A DNA stretch of 64,000 nucleotides, taken from Phoronis australis (lineage: Eukaryota; Animalia; Phoronida). The stretch is from the NCBI GenBank assembly GCA_002633005.1, contig NMRA01000008.1:898642-962641 (forward strand), given 5' to 3'. Each line of letters starts with the position of its first letter. The first letter of the stretch is position 1. Made by a program: the position numbers and the translations under genes. The notes beneath the pieces are model-generated. The model saw only the letters and a list, made by a program, of their open reading frames with translations. It did not search any database and was not told where the DNA came from. Shown here piece by piece: positions 39,721-53,121 of the stretch.

Positions 39721-41674
39721 GCGCCACTTCAAAGGGCGCCATCTCCTAAAAACTGACGTTCCTGCCAAAATTCGTGGAGTCTACCATATTTCGACTTTTC
39801 TACCCTTGAAACCAAAGCTATCTGTACTGACTATGCCAAACTAAATGCTGTGTTAATGCGTTCTTTGTCATGGACGTTTAGTGTTTTGTTCTGCCCTATG
39901 AAAATTCTGCGTCCCGCTCACGCCACTTATTGTCATAAGTCATGTCCACTCAACGAGCTTCTCTTGAGCACTTTGCCCTAGACCATCTTGACCCGGCGCC
40001 AATCTGATTCTGCACTACACCACTACGACTTACGACAAATGCGGCGCAAAAAGGATTAGACATCCGAATCAGGCGTCTGATTCAGGAAAAGTGACCCACA
40101 GTGCTTTAAAAAATGACATTTAACTTGTTTTGACAAGTGACTACATGGTCTCTACATGTCGCAATCGTGAATTCAATATCACAAAAACGAGAAAATAGAA
40201 GAAGAACGTTTCGTTGCTCCACAGACATGAGTGTGACTTATGAACGTATACCAGCGACTGCGTGTCGTGTCCACCAACATGCGAGTTTCTGATTGTGCGT
40301 ACTTGTGCCGCATCATCGCTTTAGTCGTAAACCATGATCAAATTTTATGTAGTTACGACCACCACAAGTGCAACGACTCGCCATTGCTTAATATACCATA
40401 ATCCACTGGAAATCAAGCAGCAATATCTGATGATGTTTCACTTAACACAATGAAGGATGACTAGTGCTGTGATTGGCTAACCCGATTTTAGGTAGCGTGT
40501 ATCGACCAATAAATGCTCGTATCACAGATCAGCTTATTAACGTATCGTCAGATAGTGTTTGCGGGTATTCTGATTTGACAGTTGATTGACTGGTAGGGTT
40601 GTTTTTGGTGTTTTTGATATGAAATTGGTGATTTTAAGCACTTAAATTTAGTCTTACTCTCCACTTAACTAGTTATAAACAATAACTAAAACTCACTTTT
40701 TGACGGAAAAGTCAAACCTCTTAAAATATCCGTGGACGAAGGACGTCTTGTTATATATTCCTCCGCACTGCCAAGAAGAATCTGCGGCTACTAATTCAAT
40801 GGCGGGAGAATTTCAATCCCAGCCGATGTCAAAAAGCTAAAATGAACAAGTTAACTTAACCTTATCAAACAATAAGAGAGGCTGATAGTGGGATTAATTA
40901 ATTTGTATTTAAGTTAATGAACCACTATGGAGTAATTGAATTTACTCTAGAGAGCGCTAATATGAAAATTCCGCCATTGAATATACTCCAAGAACAGGAT
41001 TATTTGGCGCTAAAAATGAGTGTATGTTGCTTTTGTAGTGGTTAGTGGATCAGTGTTTAGTGTTTTGATTGAGACCACTTCGTCGGGATAACAGTAGAAA
41101 GCAAACGGGTTCGCCCTAACTCTATGATCTATTTTCCACTCCTTTTTGCACCAAGGTGATTGTTTTGACAATTTACTGCAAAAACTAGAAAAGTAAGCAT
41201 GGTTTGAGAAAAACAAGGGCATTCGTGAACTGCAAGAAAAAAATTTGGACTTGCTGTAGACGCTGCAATTTAGCGTGTACATTGTTCATATAATTGACCC
41301 AAATACACAATCTGTTCGTCCAATTCAAAATGCCGATTGGTCGCAACAGCGATGGCAAGCATAACCAACCGGCTAGTGTTGAAGATTCGTCACTCACCTT
41401 CGCCATTTCCAAGACATCACGGTTGGAATAACTACGACTTTTAGCCGGCTGACAACTAAAATACAAATACACGGGGGTAATACAGAGCACTTCAAGATAC
41501 TAAACCCAATTTTAGTCTATTAACAGATATCAATAACTGCTTTCCCGTCGATCTTTCTAAAACACGAAAACAAAATGAAAGCTCTCTGAAGAGCGACATT
41601 TGGTGAAAGAAATTAAAACTTTGAAGGTGAGATCGACGACGAAACCAAGAACATAAACAATGACATAGATTTGA

Positions 41675-42066
41675 TGTGCGTGAACATGGAATCTTGCTTA
41701 ATCTCAAGATCGCGAATGCGTGAACTTGGAATACACGAGGAAACTTGTCAAGCTCACTCTAATAATCACGTTCACGTCACACTAAATCAAATTACATGTT
41801 AAGAAAATAAGGTAAATTTTAACCAATGTTTTTCCGACTATTGGCGATCTTATTCACCAAACAATAATTGATTTAACCATTCATATATTCCTCCGATTCT
41901 TCGAGACAAGTTACGCTAAAGGAGAATTTGGATGATCATGAGGCCAATAATTACAAAAATTCTTTACACTGAACAAAAATTTCACCCGATTGCCCAATTG
42001 AACAATCAATTTCAAGTTCACGCATACGCGATCTCGAGATAAAGCAGCAGTCCTAGTTCACGCACA
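41675..42066. mobile_element. MITE-like element with ~55-bp inverted arms
   Basis: tgtgcgtgaac...atctcaagatcgcgaatgcgtgaacttg vs caagttcacgcatacgcgatctcgagat...gttcacgcaca. Confidence 0.55.
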
Positions 42067-45039
42067 GCAGATTCAGCGCAAACTGCAGCACGCTAAGAGA
42101 ACCAAGAAATACCGCCTACTGAGTAACATATGTCTTGGTTTAGTGATATCTCGCCTGGAGTGTTGTCGGCTTAATTGTGTCCACATCCTGAGAAAGATTT
42201 CCAGCTCTCAGACCCATAAAAATGCCTCATCCGCAGTGATGGGCAATCGCTGCGTGTCGAAGGACGACTTCCAAACCAATCCCGATCTTCTATTCACTGT
42301 CCAAACGGTTCTTTCTCTGCTTCCTCACTCAACCTACGAACAGCCTATTTTACTCAAGTGGTTCACGTATAAGCGCGTACAATGTCCTCTGCATAGGCCC
42401 ATGCATTAATTCGCAATTAGGGACACGTTTTGGCTACCGCTGTGCCTTCAAACGCTTGCCTCTGCATCTTTGGAGGTCCTTAACGTATTTTCAAGATTTG
42501 TTGTAAATAGCTCTGTATTACCGTATTGCCGTGCCTTTTGGCTCATGGGCCTATATCCAAAATAATGCCTCTTCCCGGCCTTTTTTTTACCCAATGCTTC
42601 GCATAATGAGCGCACAGAAGCCCAGGGGCCTAATGGTGCAGCAATATGATATGAGCTAAGATAAGAGTCGTTTGACTTACTTTGCCGCTATGACCATCAG
42701 TAAAAACAGGCAGCACGTGATCAGGGTACAGTGGTTCATTTTCGTCTGCAATGGAAAACTAAATCTTTGTAATGTTTGTTGTCCCTGCCTAGCAAGTTTA
42801 CCTTAGTTAAAAATTCACAGTTTAGATTGTTGTTTGTGAAAATCCCCCGAGTTAGCTATTATGGAAAAAAGCGTGAATAAGACACCACATTTTCGCATAC
42901 CTCACGTTCAAGTATCAGAGGACAATCTGTCATTATGCTTTCTAAACACTGTATTGAACCAACAACTATATCATATGCTGAATAAATTATCCTGACTAAG
43001 AAATCACTACTATGAATGCTGAAATTATCTCTTGGCAAACATAATCACTTTGTTGTCTCCATTGAGATGCACAATTGTTCGCCTCATGTTTACGCGTGCT
43101 CAGGTTGTTCTCGTATCGAGGCACGAAGACTTCCTTGCTTGCGAGCGGCTCGGGCCTGCCCGCGCACAAAATTCTTCACTCGCGAAAGCTACCACCTCTG
43201 GACGACAATTATTCTCACCTCCAGGAACAGTTTTTGCGTCTCGTGAACATATTGCTTAGGTCTTGAATGGACCGACAATGTTATTTCACATTATTTCTTG
43301 CCCCCAAAAGTAATTCTATACCGGCCCACACGCTGATCCCTTTCCTCAGACCACTTTGCATATTAAGCTGATTAAAAATCTACTCATAAATCAACTGCGA
43401 TATGTTTCTACATGTAAACACATTGCTGCTATTAGTTATCATTTATTTATTTTAAGTAGAATAATTCACAGTGTTGTAAGAGAGAAAGAATTTTATTTGA
43501 TTTTACGACAACAAAATACTTTGTAATTGTCCAAATCTCGTATGAAAAAAGCGAAATGCCGCTCATGGGTTGACTAGCATAACAGTTGGCTACAAACAGT
43601 AATTGCCAGATATAGAATCATAAGTATCTCAGTGGTGAGAGAACTATACTGACAATTAAGAGACTTGTTGTTCATGTCCCAGTTGGTGTTCCTAATTTTT
43701 CTGTATTTAGTTGATTCAGTGAGCCAACATCAGCGTCTATATTTAAAATACATGAGCTTGAAATTAATGAAAGAGCAAAGAAAAGAAAAGAACCCTGCCG
43801 CTAGGGCGACGCTTTTGTACCGTGAGCGTGAAATACATGTGGGACCACAACCAATTAAATATATCCATGAAATACCAAAAGTGGCCCCGAAGGGAAAGAT
43901 GAGTTCGCGAGAGAGGAATAGCGTGTGTGCGGAGGAATTTTGGGACGAGTCAGCCCTATCCACGTACAAGAAGGAAGTCCAGGTGCTTTGCATAAGCTTA
44001 ATTTATCAAAAAATAATACATTTTCAAAAGATAGCTTGCTGAAGTGTACGCACACGAGTATGCTAGAAGACAGCCGCGCGTGCATGTGTCCGTATATATG
44101 AACATGTCTGTTATTTTCAAATAATAAATTGAAAACATTTTGGACCGGTTAAGTCAGTCTTCACTCAGCACAAATTCTGAAACATTAGGCCTAAGTCCAC
44201 CCACTGGTTGTTTTCACAAGTATTTCAAAAAATAGCCATTGTTTGTGCGCCTAAATTCGGATGACATCACATCCTCACGTACAGCAGTATGGGTAAGGGA
44301 CACTGTCAGGGAGAAAAGTGATTCTCTGAGATCTATCTTCGCGTAAATTCAAATTAACGTCTGACCCTGAGGTTGTAGCCGTAACGCTCTGCTGCCGTCA
44401 AATGCTGAGTATTTTAAGCGATGATTAGTCAACTAATAACTTTTGCTGTTAATTAATTTAGGGTTAAGTAGTAACATAAAAGGAAACGAATCAGACAGGT
44501 ATACATTGAACAAATAAATAACTTCTTAAATCAATAGAAAAATAGTTCATGGTTTACAGAACTCTGAGAGGTACTTCAAAGAGTCGTGAGATTGCACTTG
44601 GATACCACGGCGCCACAAAAGCTGACCGTTTGCGCCTGTAAATCTAACGCTCTCCAAGACTGGAGCTGACAAGATAGGAGAGATCGCAATACCGGCATCC
44701 AGCCAGGACTATGGGTCGGTGCGTGTAACGAATTAGTGTAATTGACGGATTTGTTGACGTATTTGGCCGAGAAATCGCTGGTTATCAGCCTACCGTTCAG
44801 TAACGCTAGGACCTCGCTAAAAAGCAAGACTTCGAGAGATTAGGTGAGATATTGCCGTGTATTTTAAATGAGATACCCTGACTTTGGCTAGATTCTAGGT
44901 AGGCCCTAGCGTAGGTCCTAACGTTACTGAACGCACGCCTGGGCTTGCCTTCTATTCCATTGTGAACAAAATGACAAAATGGCAACGAAGGAATAGTTGA
45001 AGCTTGATTTGATAACTACAATATTCGATAGAAATTCAG

Positions 45040-46237
45040 CGAATTAATGGAGATTATTATGTTAGAATGATTAACATATTTTCATTCTGTAAGGCTTTAA
45101 AGATTAACATGTTAACAAAATTTGTAAACGGCCAGTCTAAGACGGCCCATTTGTTTCATTTGATTTTTCCTGAAATTAGAAATTTAGCCAAGTAATGATT
45201 TGATTTTCTCAAGATAAATTTGCCTAATATTGATAATCACTTCTGGAAAGATTTTTTGAATGTGTAATTTCCTTTGGAAGTTGTTTGAAAATCAAAAGTC
45301 AGATAGATTTTCTTAACCAACTTTTATGGTTTAGCAGTGACCTGCAGGCTGGGGCAAAAAGTACAGGAATAGGTGCTATGGAGGCATAGTCTTTATAAAG
45401 GACTTGTTTCCCCAGACGGTAATATTTTGAACTATGGATTTATTGTGCATGTTTTAGGTATCAAAAGAAATTTTATGGAGCATAATAGTCTAATTTCAGT
45501 GATATTTAAGTACCAACAGAAATGTGGTATTGATAGAGTTGCTAGTTTTGACGCGTACTGTCCTGTTATGACAACGGTTTTAATGAAACCGAAAAGTGGT
45601 GGGAGAGGGTGTCGACATATTTGTACACAATTAAATTATAGTTCCGAAGTCTCAAAAGCGGAATTAAAACGGGCAAAAGAATTGAACGTAACTATAAAAA
45701 ATTTTTCATGGGAAGATGTTTATTCCCTTCTATATAACACAAGAGACCCAAGAATTAGGTGGCTTCAGTTCAGACTCTTGACGATAATTTTGACTACTAA
45801 CTCATTTTAAAAAATAATTCAAGTTACGGGTGACGACTATTGTTCCTTTTGTGGACACTCAAAAGAGACTTTGAAACACTTATTTTGCGAATGTGAAATA
45901 GCAAATACATTTTGGACAAAAGTGAATAATGGAATGTTAAACAAAGCAAATCCCCAGTGTGTCGGCACTCTCACCAGCAACAATGTTATTTTTGATATTT
46001 TTGATAAAAAGAAAAATTTTAAAAACATTGTTTCATTATTGGGTAAACAGTTTATTTACACCCAAAAGCTCGGAACAAAAAGATTACTTCTAAGTAGATT
46101 TTTTAACTTCATCAAACAATATTATATGCGTGAAAAGTATAGTGCTCGTAAGGATTTCAATTCAGAATCTGTACAAAAAAGTTAGTGTAATTTTGAAACT
46201 GTTTTTCTTAGTAGTCAAGAGGATTAGGTGTGGGGTA

Positions 46238-46306
<69 letters not shown>

Positions 46307-46360
46307 CTGTGTTGTTCTTGTCTTTTTGTGTTATTGTAAATGTGCTCATTGTCAATAAAT
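45040..46360 (+). mobile_element. 5'-truncated L1/Tx1-type LINE 3' end with zf-RVT region
   Basis: DPRIRWLQFRLL..ILTTNS...YCSFCGHSKETLKHLFCECEIANTFW matches the CCHC zf-RVT motif, with frameshifts; followed by (GT)n and AATAAA near 46354. Confidence 0.8.
46241..46297 (+). repeat. (GT)n microsatellite
   Basis: Read directly from the sequence. Confidence 0.95.
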
Positions 46361-46524
46361 ATATAAAAAATTAGTAGAGATTCACTCTGCAAACTCATTC
46401 GGATTCCTATGCTCTAACATTAGAACTCGTGGGTCAAAACGGCGAATATTGACAATTTATAATAAAATCACAACCAAGGATTCTGTTGTTTTATAAATCT
46501 GGTTGAAGGTTATGAGTTCAAAAC

Positions 46525-46640
46525 AGTGGCAGCATGGCCTAGTGTGATTGGTGCCCGCTTTCTTTACTGGAGGTCGTGGGTTCGAGTCCTACTGGGCCAA
46601 ACTGCAAAACCCTTGAGTCACGTTTCTTGCTCCTCATCTC
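46525..46640 (+). mobile_element. tRNA-derived SINE fragment
   Basis: Pol III A-box TGGCCTAGTG and B-box GGTTCGAGTCC at tRNA-like spacing; no convincing acceptor stem. Confidence 0.55.
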
Positions 46641-47639
46641 GGTTTATTAATATATATTAACAAAGCATAAAAATGGTTTTAGGTGATCTGTGGAATAGGC
46701 CCACATGCGCGGCCGGTGCGCGTCCGACACAACGTGTATTAGACCGACTGCAATTATTAAAAAAAAGTTCAAAACTCCCATTGAAAAATCTCAAAAATAT
46801 CTTTGACGACCGTAACACAGATAATTATCATTTAATTTAAACACATACCATAAATTAATAAAGTCCGTAAGTTGACTGAGATTTAAAGCATTAAACTCTA
46901 ACTTACCATTACTACTTACAACAACGCTTTCTTTTGAAGAATATGTAAAAATACCTGCTTCTTATAGGCAGTGTGAACTTTAATGTAGTTCTTGTTACGT
47001 TGCAACTTATTCCTAAAGAGGTCATTAAGAATCAAGGCCCCTTATAATTAAGAATCGTCAAATATTACCTGCATGATATATCGCTTCTAATGATCAATTA
47101 AAAGAGATTTCGTATTTAGGGTCAAAAACCGCATTTTAAGTATTGTTGAATGGGAAAGACTTCTTAAATTTTACCACAAATGCGTCAACTCGTACATGGG
47201 CTCATATGCAGGGATTTATGATAAAGAGAATCGTGACTGTTCTTATGTGTAACACTTTGGGGAGTTTGAGTCTGTTTATGTGTTGCATAATTACTATCGC
47301 GACGATTTCTAAAATTCTGATACGTAGTATTGTAAGATAAGAAGTTGTTAGTAGTTATTGGTAAGTACCAAAAGGCAAGGATTTGTAGGTGCTGTATGGT
47401 AAGGAAAGATAAAGAGCAGTAACTACTGAATTGGAATCGTACTGAAAAGCATGAAATGGTACACATTGGTGAGGAATAGTGCAGACTGGTGAAGAATAGT
47501 ATGCAATGGTACGCATTGGTAAGGAAAGATGTAGAATTGATAATTGTTGGTGAGGAATGGTAGCCAATGCTAAGGACTGATGCAGTATTGTGGTGAATTA
47601 TAAGAAATGGCACGAAATGGGAAGCAACGAAAATGACAG

Positions 47640-48110
47640 GCGATTTGTGCGTAGCTCTAACCAAGCAGCATGGGAGACGTGAAAAGCTGACTCTGATGCT
47701 ACTCAAGCATTCCCGTACTCTGCAATCAATTCCTTTCAGCAACTCACCATCGGCAGTCAAGAAACTGAGACGTCTACATGTCTCTTATATGGCTGAAAAG
47801 CCAAAGCGTCCGTAGCCAATAGTTTATGAAGAGAGCTTTTCCTCTGAAAAGTTCAGCTCATACCAAATCTGTCGCCTACCCAGTCTGCACTGATGAAACA
47901 TGTAACAGATGCCTGTATCAAGCTGGCATATAACTTAAAATCTGGTGCCCATCCATGAGAAGCCACGCCCACTGGGGTTTCGATGGCAGAGATACAATGG
48001 ACACCTTGCTAGAAAGACATTCCTGAAGTTTCCAAAGCCTATCATCAGATCATTATCTGCGGTTGCAAGAGGCTGCATGCTACTATTTGACATGAACAAG
48101 TTATGGTGTT
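47640..48110 (+). mobile_element. Degenerate DNA transposase C-terminus (Academ-like, Cys-rich end)
   Basis: Across frameshifts: NLSPTQSALMKHV-RCLYQAGI...PRPLGFRW...PEVSKAYHQIIICGCK, matching the recalled LPPT..AL..H..R..YQ...P.P...GW...P..S..C..L..CGCK pattern. Confidence 0.5.
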
Positions 48111-48133
48111 TTGATATAAGCACTGAGCGATCT

Positions 48134-48700
48134 GTTAGGGTTATTGTTAAGTGCAGGGCTAGGGTTAGGGTTAGGTTAGAATTAGGGTTAGGGTTAGGGT
48201 TAGGTTTGCCTGGGGTAGGGGTTGGGTTTAGGGTTAGGGTTAGGGTTAGGGTTAGGGTTATNNNNNNNNNNNNNNNNNNNNNNNNNNNNNNNNNNNNNNN
48301 NNNNNNNNNNNNNNNNNNNNNNNNNNNNNNNNNNNNNNNNNNNNNNNNNNNNNNNNNNNNNNNNNNNNNNNNNNNNNNNNNNNNNNNNNNNNNNNNNNNN
48401 NNNNNNNNNNNNNNNNNNNNNNNNNNNNNNNNNNNNNNNNNNNNNNNNNNNNNNNNNNNNNNNNNNNNNNNNNGTTAGGGGTTAACGTGGTTAGGGTTAG
48501 GGTTAGAGTTAGGGTTAGGGGGGTTAGGGGTTAACGTGATTAGGGTTAGGGATGGGATTAGGGGTGGGGATATTGTTAGGGTTAGGGTTAGTGGGCTTAG
48601 GGGTTAACGTGGTTAAGGTTAGGGATTGGATTAGTTTTAGGGATAGGGTGAAGTTTAGGGTTAGGGTTAGGGTTCGGGTTAGGGTTAGGTCTAGGTTTAG
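48134..48700 (+). repeat. Interstitial degenerate (TTAGGG)n tract spanning an assembly gap
   Basis: TTAGGG runs with variants, and GGGGTTAACGTG three times; Ns at 48262-48473. Confidence 0.85.
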
Positions 48701-48937
48701 TGTGTTGAAAGTTTTAAATAATTAATTGTTAATTAATTGATATTAACCCCTGGAATATTGGGTTGCAGAAAACTATCTCCGTCTCTAACATTTTGGCTTT
48801 GGGGCGGCCCCTATTTTTGCTCCTACCTTTTCTTCAGTTGATCTTTGTTATGTTTATTAATTCCCTGACCCCGCTGGGCAAAATCCTACAAGTTCTGAAC
48901 TTTTCCTTTTTTGGCCACGTTCCAAAGTTGGGTTAAT

Positions 48938-49800
48938 TCACCATTCTAAAAGGGGCTTGTTTGCCTTAAATCTTTTTCTCAGATTTTTTTTCAACTTTGA
49001 GTACATCTTAAATGCAATTCCATCACTGTTTTTATCAATCTCATCGACTTCATATTGTCTTCGACACTCATTTTCTAAGATTAAAAGTAACTCTCCAATC
49101 GCCCTTTTAAAAATCTCATTTTCCATGAATCCACTAGCCGCTTTCTAAATTGCAAATCAAAGGAGTTATCCGTACCGTGATTCTTTACATTTTCGACACT
49201 GATATTCACTGGAACGTGTAATAAAATTTCTAATAATACACTGTGATCAGGCACTTTTGACTTTTGCGACAATACTAGTCCCTGTAAATGATGTTTGTCA
49301 ACTACCTCTGTATAAGCATAGACCTCAAATTTAATACAAGACTGCAGAAGCGACTCATGGCTGACAATAAAGTAGTCTAGCCATGAGTAACAGCAGCTCT
49401 TCCTCTATGACTTATTGAGGTGAAGTTATCTTTACTTATTTCTTTACAGCTTTATCAATTACCAATCGTTTATTTACTTTACAAGCAACATCTGGAATGT
49501 AATTATTCAAGTTACCCACTCTCGAGTTAAAATCTCCACAGATAACAAGGTCATCTGCAGGAGTATATCTGCATGTAAATATAACTGGCATAATAGATGG
49601 CTATAGATTCGAAACTATCCGCATCACAACCCTTTAAAGAATTCTCAGGTGGTAAATAGCAACAAAATACAATTATACAATAATCTGAGCGTATATGAAT
49701 TAGTCTTAAAGCTAATATACCATCACACGAGTTCTCAACAATATCAATTTTCAATGTTTTAAACAAATCATTTTTAAAGATAGTCCCACCCCTCCCGAAC
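48938..49800 (-). mobile_element. Degenerate LINE APE endonuclease fragment
   Basis: Minus-strand motifs GRGG..., CCYLPPENS, LVICGDFNSRVG, LDYFIVSHE and PDHSVL are the conserved APE motifs. Confidence 0.8.
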
Positions 49801-51228
49801 CTCTTGGGGCCTTTTGTGGTTGTCGACGCCTCGCGTACTTCCTCGGAGCACACACCCGTTAGTTGTCGCTACGGTTCATGACACAATAATGGCGACGGCC
49901 AGTGAGATTAGTCTTGTTAACGTCTTAGGATAGGGTTAAAAAATATCCGTCTTAAGGAAAGCTAGTGATAGTCGGTACGACTGAGAAATCAATCAATGAA
50001 AATGAAGTTATTGGAAATAATCCCTGTCCGAATAACGTGAAAATGGTGAGTTGTTTCAAAAAGACCCTTGCATACTTAAAATACGAGTAGCTCTTGGCGA
50101 GATCTATTCATGCATTAAATTTTAGAGTCCCTCAGAGGACCGCTGAGCTAGGGCTCCGTCATAAGCGCCATGTTTGGTGCGGTTTCGCCAAAAAAAAAAA
50201 CAATCGGCTTCGAGTTCTTAATACAATACATAATGTACATGAATTTTATGTCGGACGAAAAAGGCTACCTGAAGCAGGGTATAATAAACCAAAAAATACT
50301 GTACAGCGCTAAAGTAGCCACTCAAAGGACACTCATCTGACCAGTAAATCTCAGTCGGAACGTAAAATTACTGAGTTAAAGAGATGTAGTCAGAAATCTC
50401 GAATAACTTGAGAAAGGTAACTTGAAGCAAAAAAAACGGATGGCATATTGCAGATAGCGTAAATTTCTTAAAATTGCATGTACTGTGAATTATATGATAT
50501 GCACATGTACGTATATTACACACCATGGAAATTATGACCCCCCTTCCTAGCCCCGCGTTGTTGGTCACTCTACTACACTCGTGCTCAAAGTGCCAAGGTA
50601 CTACACACCGACCATGAATTTAAAGGACCAAGTGCAAATATTGAGTTTTTTAAAAGAAAAGTATAGTGTAACTTTAAATTATTTGACGAAATGTTGCTCT
50701 GACGTCACGTTCTTTATTTGTTTTTTTTGTTCTTAGTGAAATATTATTTTCCAGATGATTCGCTCCTAACTAATGGGTAGCAGGAACTAAACAACAATGC
50801 GATTTGAACATCATCTACGCTAAACAAAGTGCAGTTGCATTCCATGACAACTTGTAAGTGCGAAAACCAAACAAATCTGCAAATATAGGTGATCATGACC
50901 TTTGCACTAATGGTGTACCTTAATTGGGGTCTCACTCGTAACCCGCACCTCTGCACTGTTATTCCCAACACCACGTCACGATACTTACCAGACACGGCTG
51001 AGTGATTTACGGTGGATCATTTTTGATACAAAACCCGCTCTTAAAAACGTTTGGTAATTTTCAACGTACTTCATATTCACATCGTCACTATATGTTGTGT
51101 TTGTAAATAATTTGACTAAGCGATCACAGAGATAATTAATTAACGTACAAGTTCCACCTCCAGTCGTTAGTATCGTGTTATTGCAAATTTTTAATGAAAA
51201 CTACAGTCTCATGAATTAGACGTACAGA

Positions 51229-51308
51229 GCGAGAGGGAGGATCGAGAGGGAGGGAGGAAGGGAAGGAGGAAGGGAGGGAGCTAGAGAGAGAGAGAGAGAG
51301 AGAGAGAC
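51229..51308 (+). repeat. Purine-rich (GGGA/GA)n simple repeat
   Basis: Read directly from the sequence. Confidence 0.85.
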
Positions 51309-52433
51309 GACGTGTGTTTAATAACACCGATACAATACGTGTACAAGGCAAAAGCCGCTTCATTGAGGACCACAGGGAATGCAGTACAATATCATTCAAT
51401 GGCATAAATAAATCACCTTTATTAGTAAACTTCCACGTGTCAACACTGATCCACAGACTACAACATGATGGAAAAAAAATCTTAAAGCATATGATAACTA
51501 CATTTCTCAAAAAAACTGTTTGTGTGCTCGTGTACATTTATGTGGGTTCCTGTTTGTGCGCATACGTATAAATGAGTAATGTGTCTGTATAGTAGCCGGT
51601 TAGTAGATTAGGCCTACATTGCAGGAAAAGCAGAGAACACAGCGTAGTTAACTAAAATTTTATTTTTGTAACATCTCTTGAAAGTCCAGAAAGTGTGTGA
51701 GTGTTTATCTCGATTCTTCTACAATCCCCTTCCGGGCGCTTGCTTTTGTTTGGTAGTTTATCAGTTTCTCTATACGTGTGTAGAGGCCTACAACTGAGAA
51801 AAGATTCAGAACTGTTGCCGACGGTCGCCAGGTGGCCACTTTCGTCAATGCCAGCTCTCGTACAGTCACGATGCAACGAGAGTGAGAAGCCATATTGGAA
51901 CAAAATGATGGTGGGTGATGCTCTTAAAAATATCTTCAACTATCGGTGACATCAGGGCATGACATTTAGACTCTGTCTGTAAATAGTTACATTTATCTTA
52001 ATTTTATTTTTTTTATCGGTAATTACTGTGCCTGGCACAACGAAACCTAAGCTAATGCGGTACAAGCTGAGGTGTTCTGTCGCTTCGCTCTGTACTGCTT
52101 GGCGATTGCAACTGCCTCTGTTTCTTTTCAGAATACATTTAGTTTCTGGAAAAAGCGGTGTCTACTATGGTACGACAGCATTTTTCCGTGGCATATCTTT
52201 CTTGGCTTGGGCCAAGGGAATGGTGTGTTTGTCCTACTGTCGGGAAGGAATCGTAGGATAGGAACACCGTCTTATAGTGAAGATTTAAGAAGTTTCTAGA
52301 ATTTGCAATGCTGTGTTTAGCCAACCCAAATACTTTGAAACGTTTTGTCTAGTCGCTTGTTTCAATGGAAATAGAATCCTACCGAGGAAAATTTCGAGGC
52401 TGATTTTTAACATGGGGCAAATGCAGTTTTGAC

Positions 52434-53121
52434 CACAGGCGTCTTCAGCTTCTGATCGTCCCCAATACACTACATATAATACTACAAGGTAGGACACTCC
52501 TGACTAGAAATTCCACGGGTGCTTCACTTCAGCCGTCCATAGCAAACATAAAACTCAATAAATTTACACAAAACAGAGGTTCAACAAACCATGAAGAATT
52601 GTTCTTTCTCCTAATACCATTCATGGTGTCCTGTTCCGGCGACTTCGTAAGAAATTCGCAGTCAAAGAACAAAAATGTTCACAAAAAACCCCCGCGCACG
52701 TCCATCGGTTGCCGCTCGAGGTCAAGGACGGTACGGAAATTGCCGGTGAGTTACGGAAGTACCGACATCGTGACTTTACGCGACCGATGTCGGTACTTCC
52801 GTAACTCACCGGCAATTTCCGTACCGTCCTTGACCTCGAGCGGCAACCGATGGACGTGCGCGGGGGTTTTTTGTGAACATTTTTGTTCTTTGACTGCGAA
52901 TTTCTTACGAAGTCGCCGGAACAGGACACCGTGAATGGTATTGGGAGAAAGAACAATTCTTCATGGTTTGTTGAACCTCTGTTTTGTGTAAATTTATTGA
53001 GTTTTATGTTTGCTATGGACGGCTGAAGTGAAGCACCCGTGGAATTTCTAGTCAGGAGTGTCCTACCTTGTAGTATTATATGTAGTGTATTGGGGACGAT
53101 CAGAAGCTGAGGACGCCTGTG
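52434..53121. mobile_element. 688-bp foldback non-autonomous element with 8-bp TSD (hAT-like)
   Basis: Arms 52434-52770 and 52785-53121 are reverse complements with 3 mismatches and a 14-nt spacer; flanked by GTTTTGAC at 52426-52433 and 53122-53129. Confidence 0.85.

Noticed and set aside
43016-44085. Cluster of overlapping 63-125 aa ORFs
   Set aside because: No recognisable motif or consistent splice structure; possibly old transposon debris.
46525-46600. Possible tRNA gene
   Set aside because: A and B boxes are present but acceptor and anticodon stems do not pair well; better explained as a SINE head.
47185-48485. ORFs of 191, 177 and 87 aa
   Set aside because: They run through degenerate tandem repeats, TTAGGG repeats or Ns.
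50981-50991. ATACTTACC resembling the U1 snRNA 5' end
   Set aside because: Downstream sequence does not follow U1; it is the reverse complement of a consensus splice donor.
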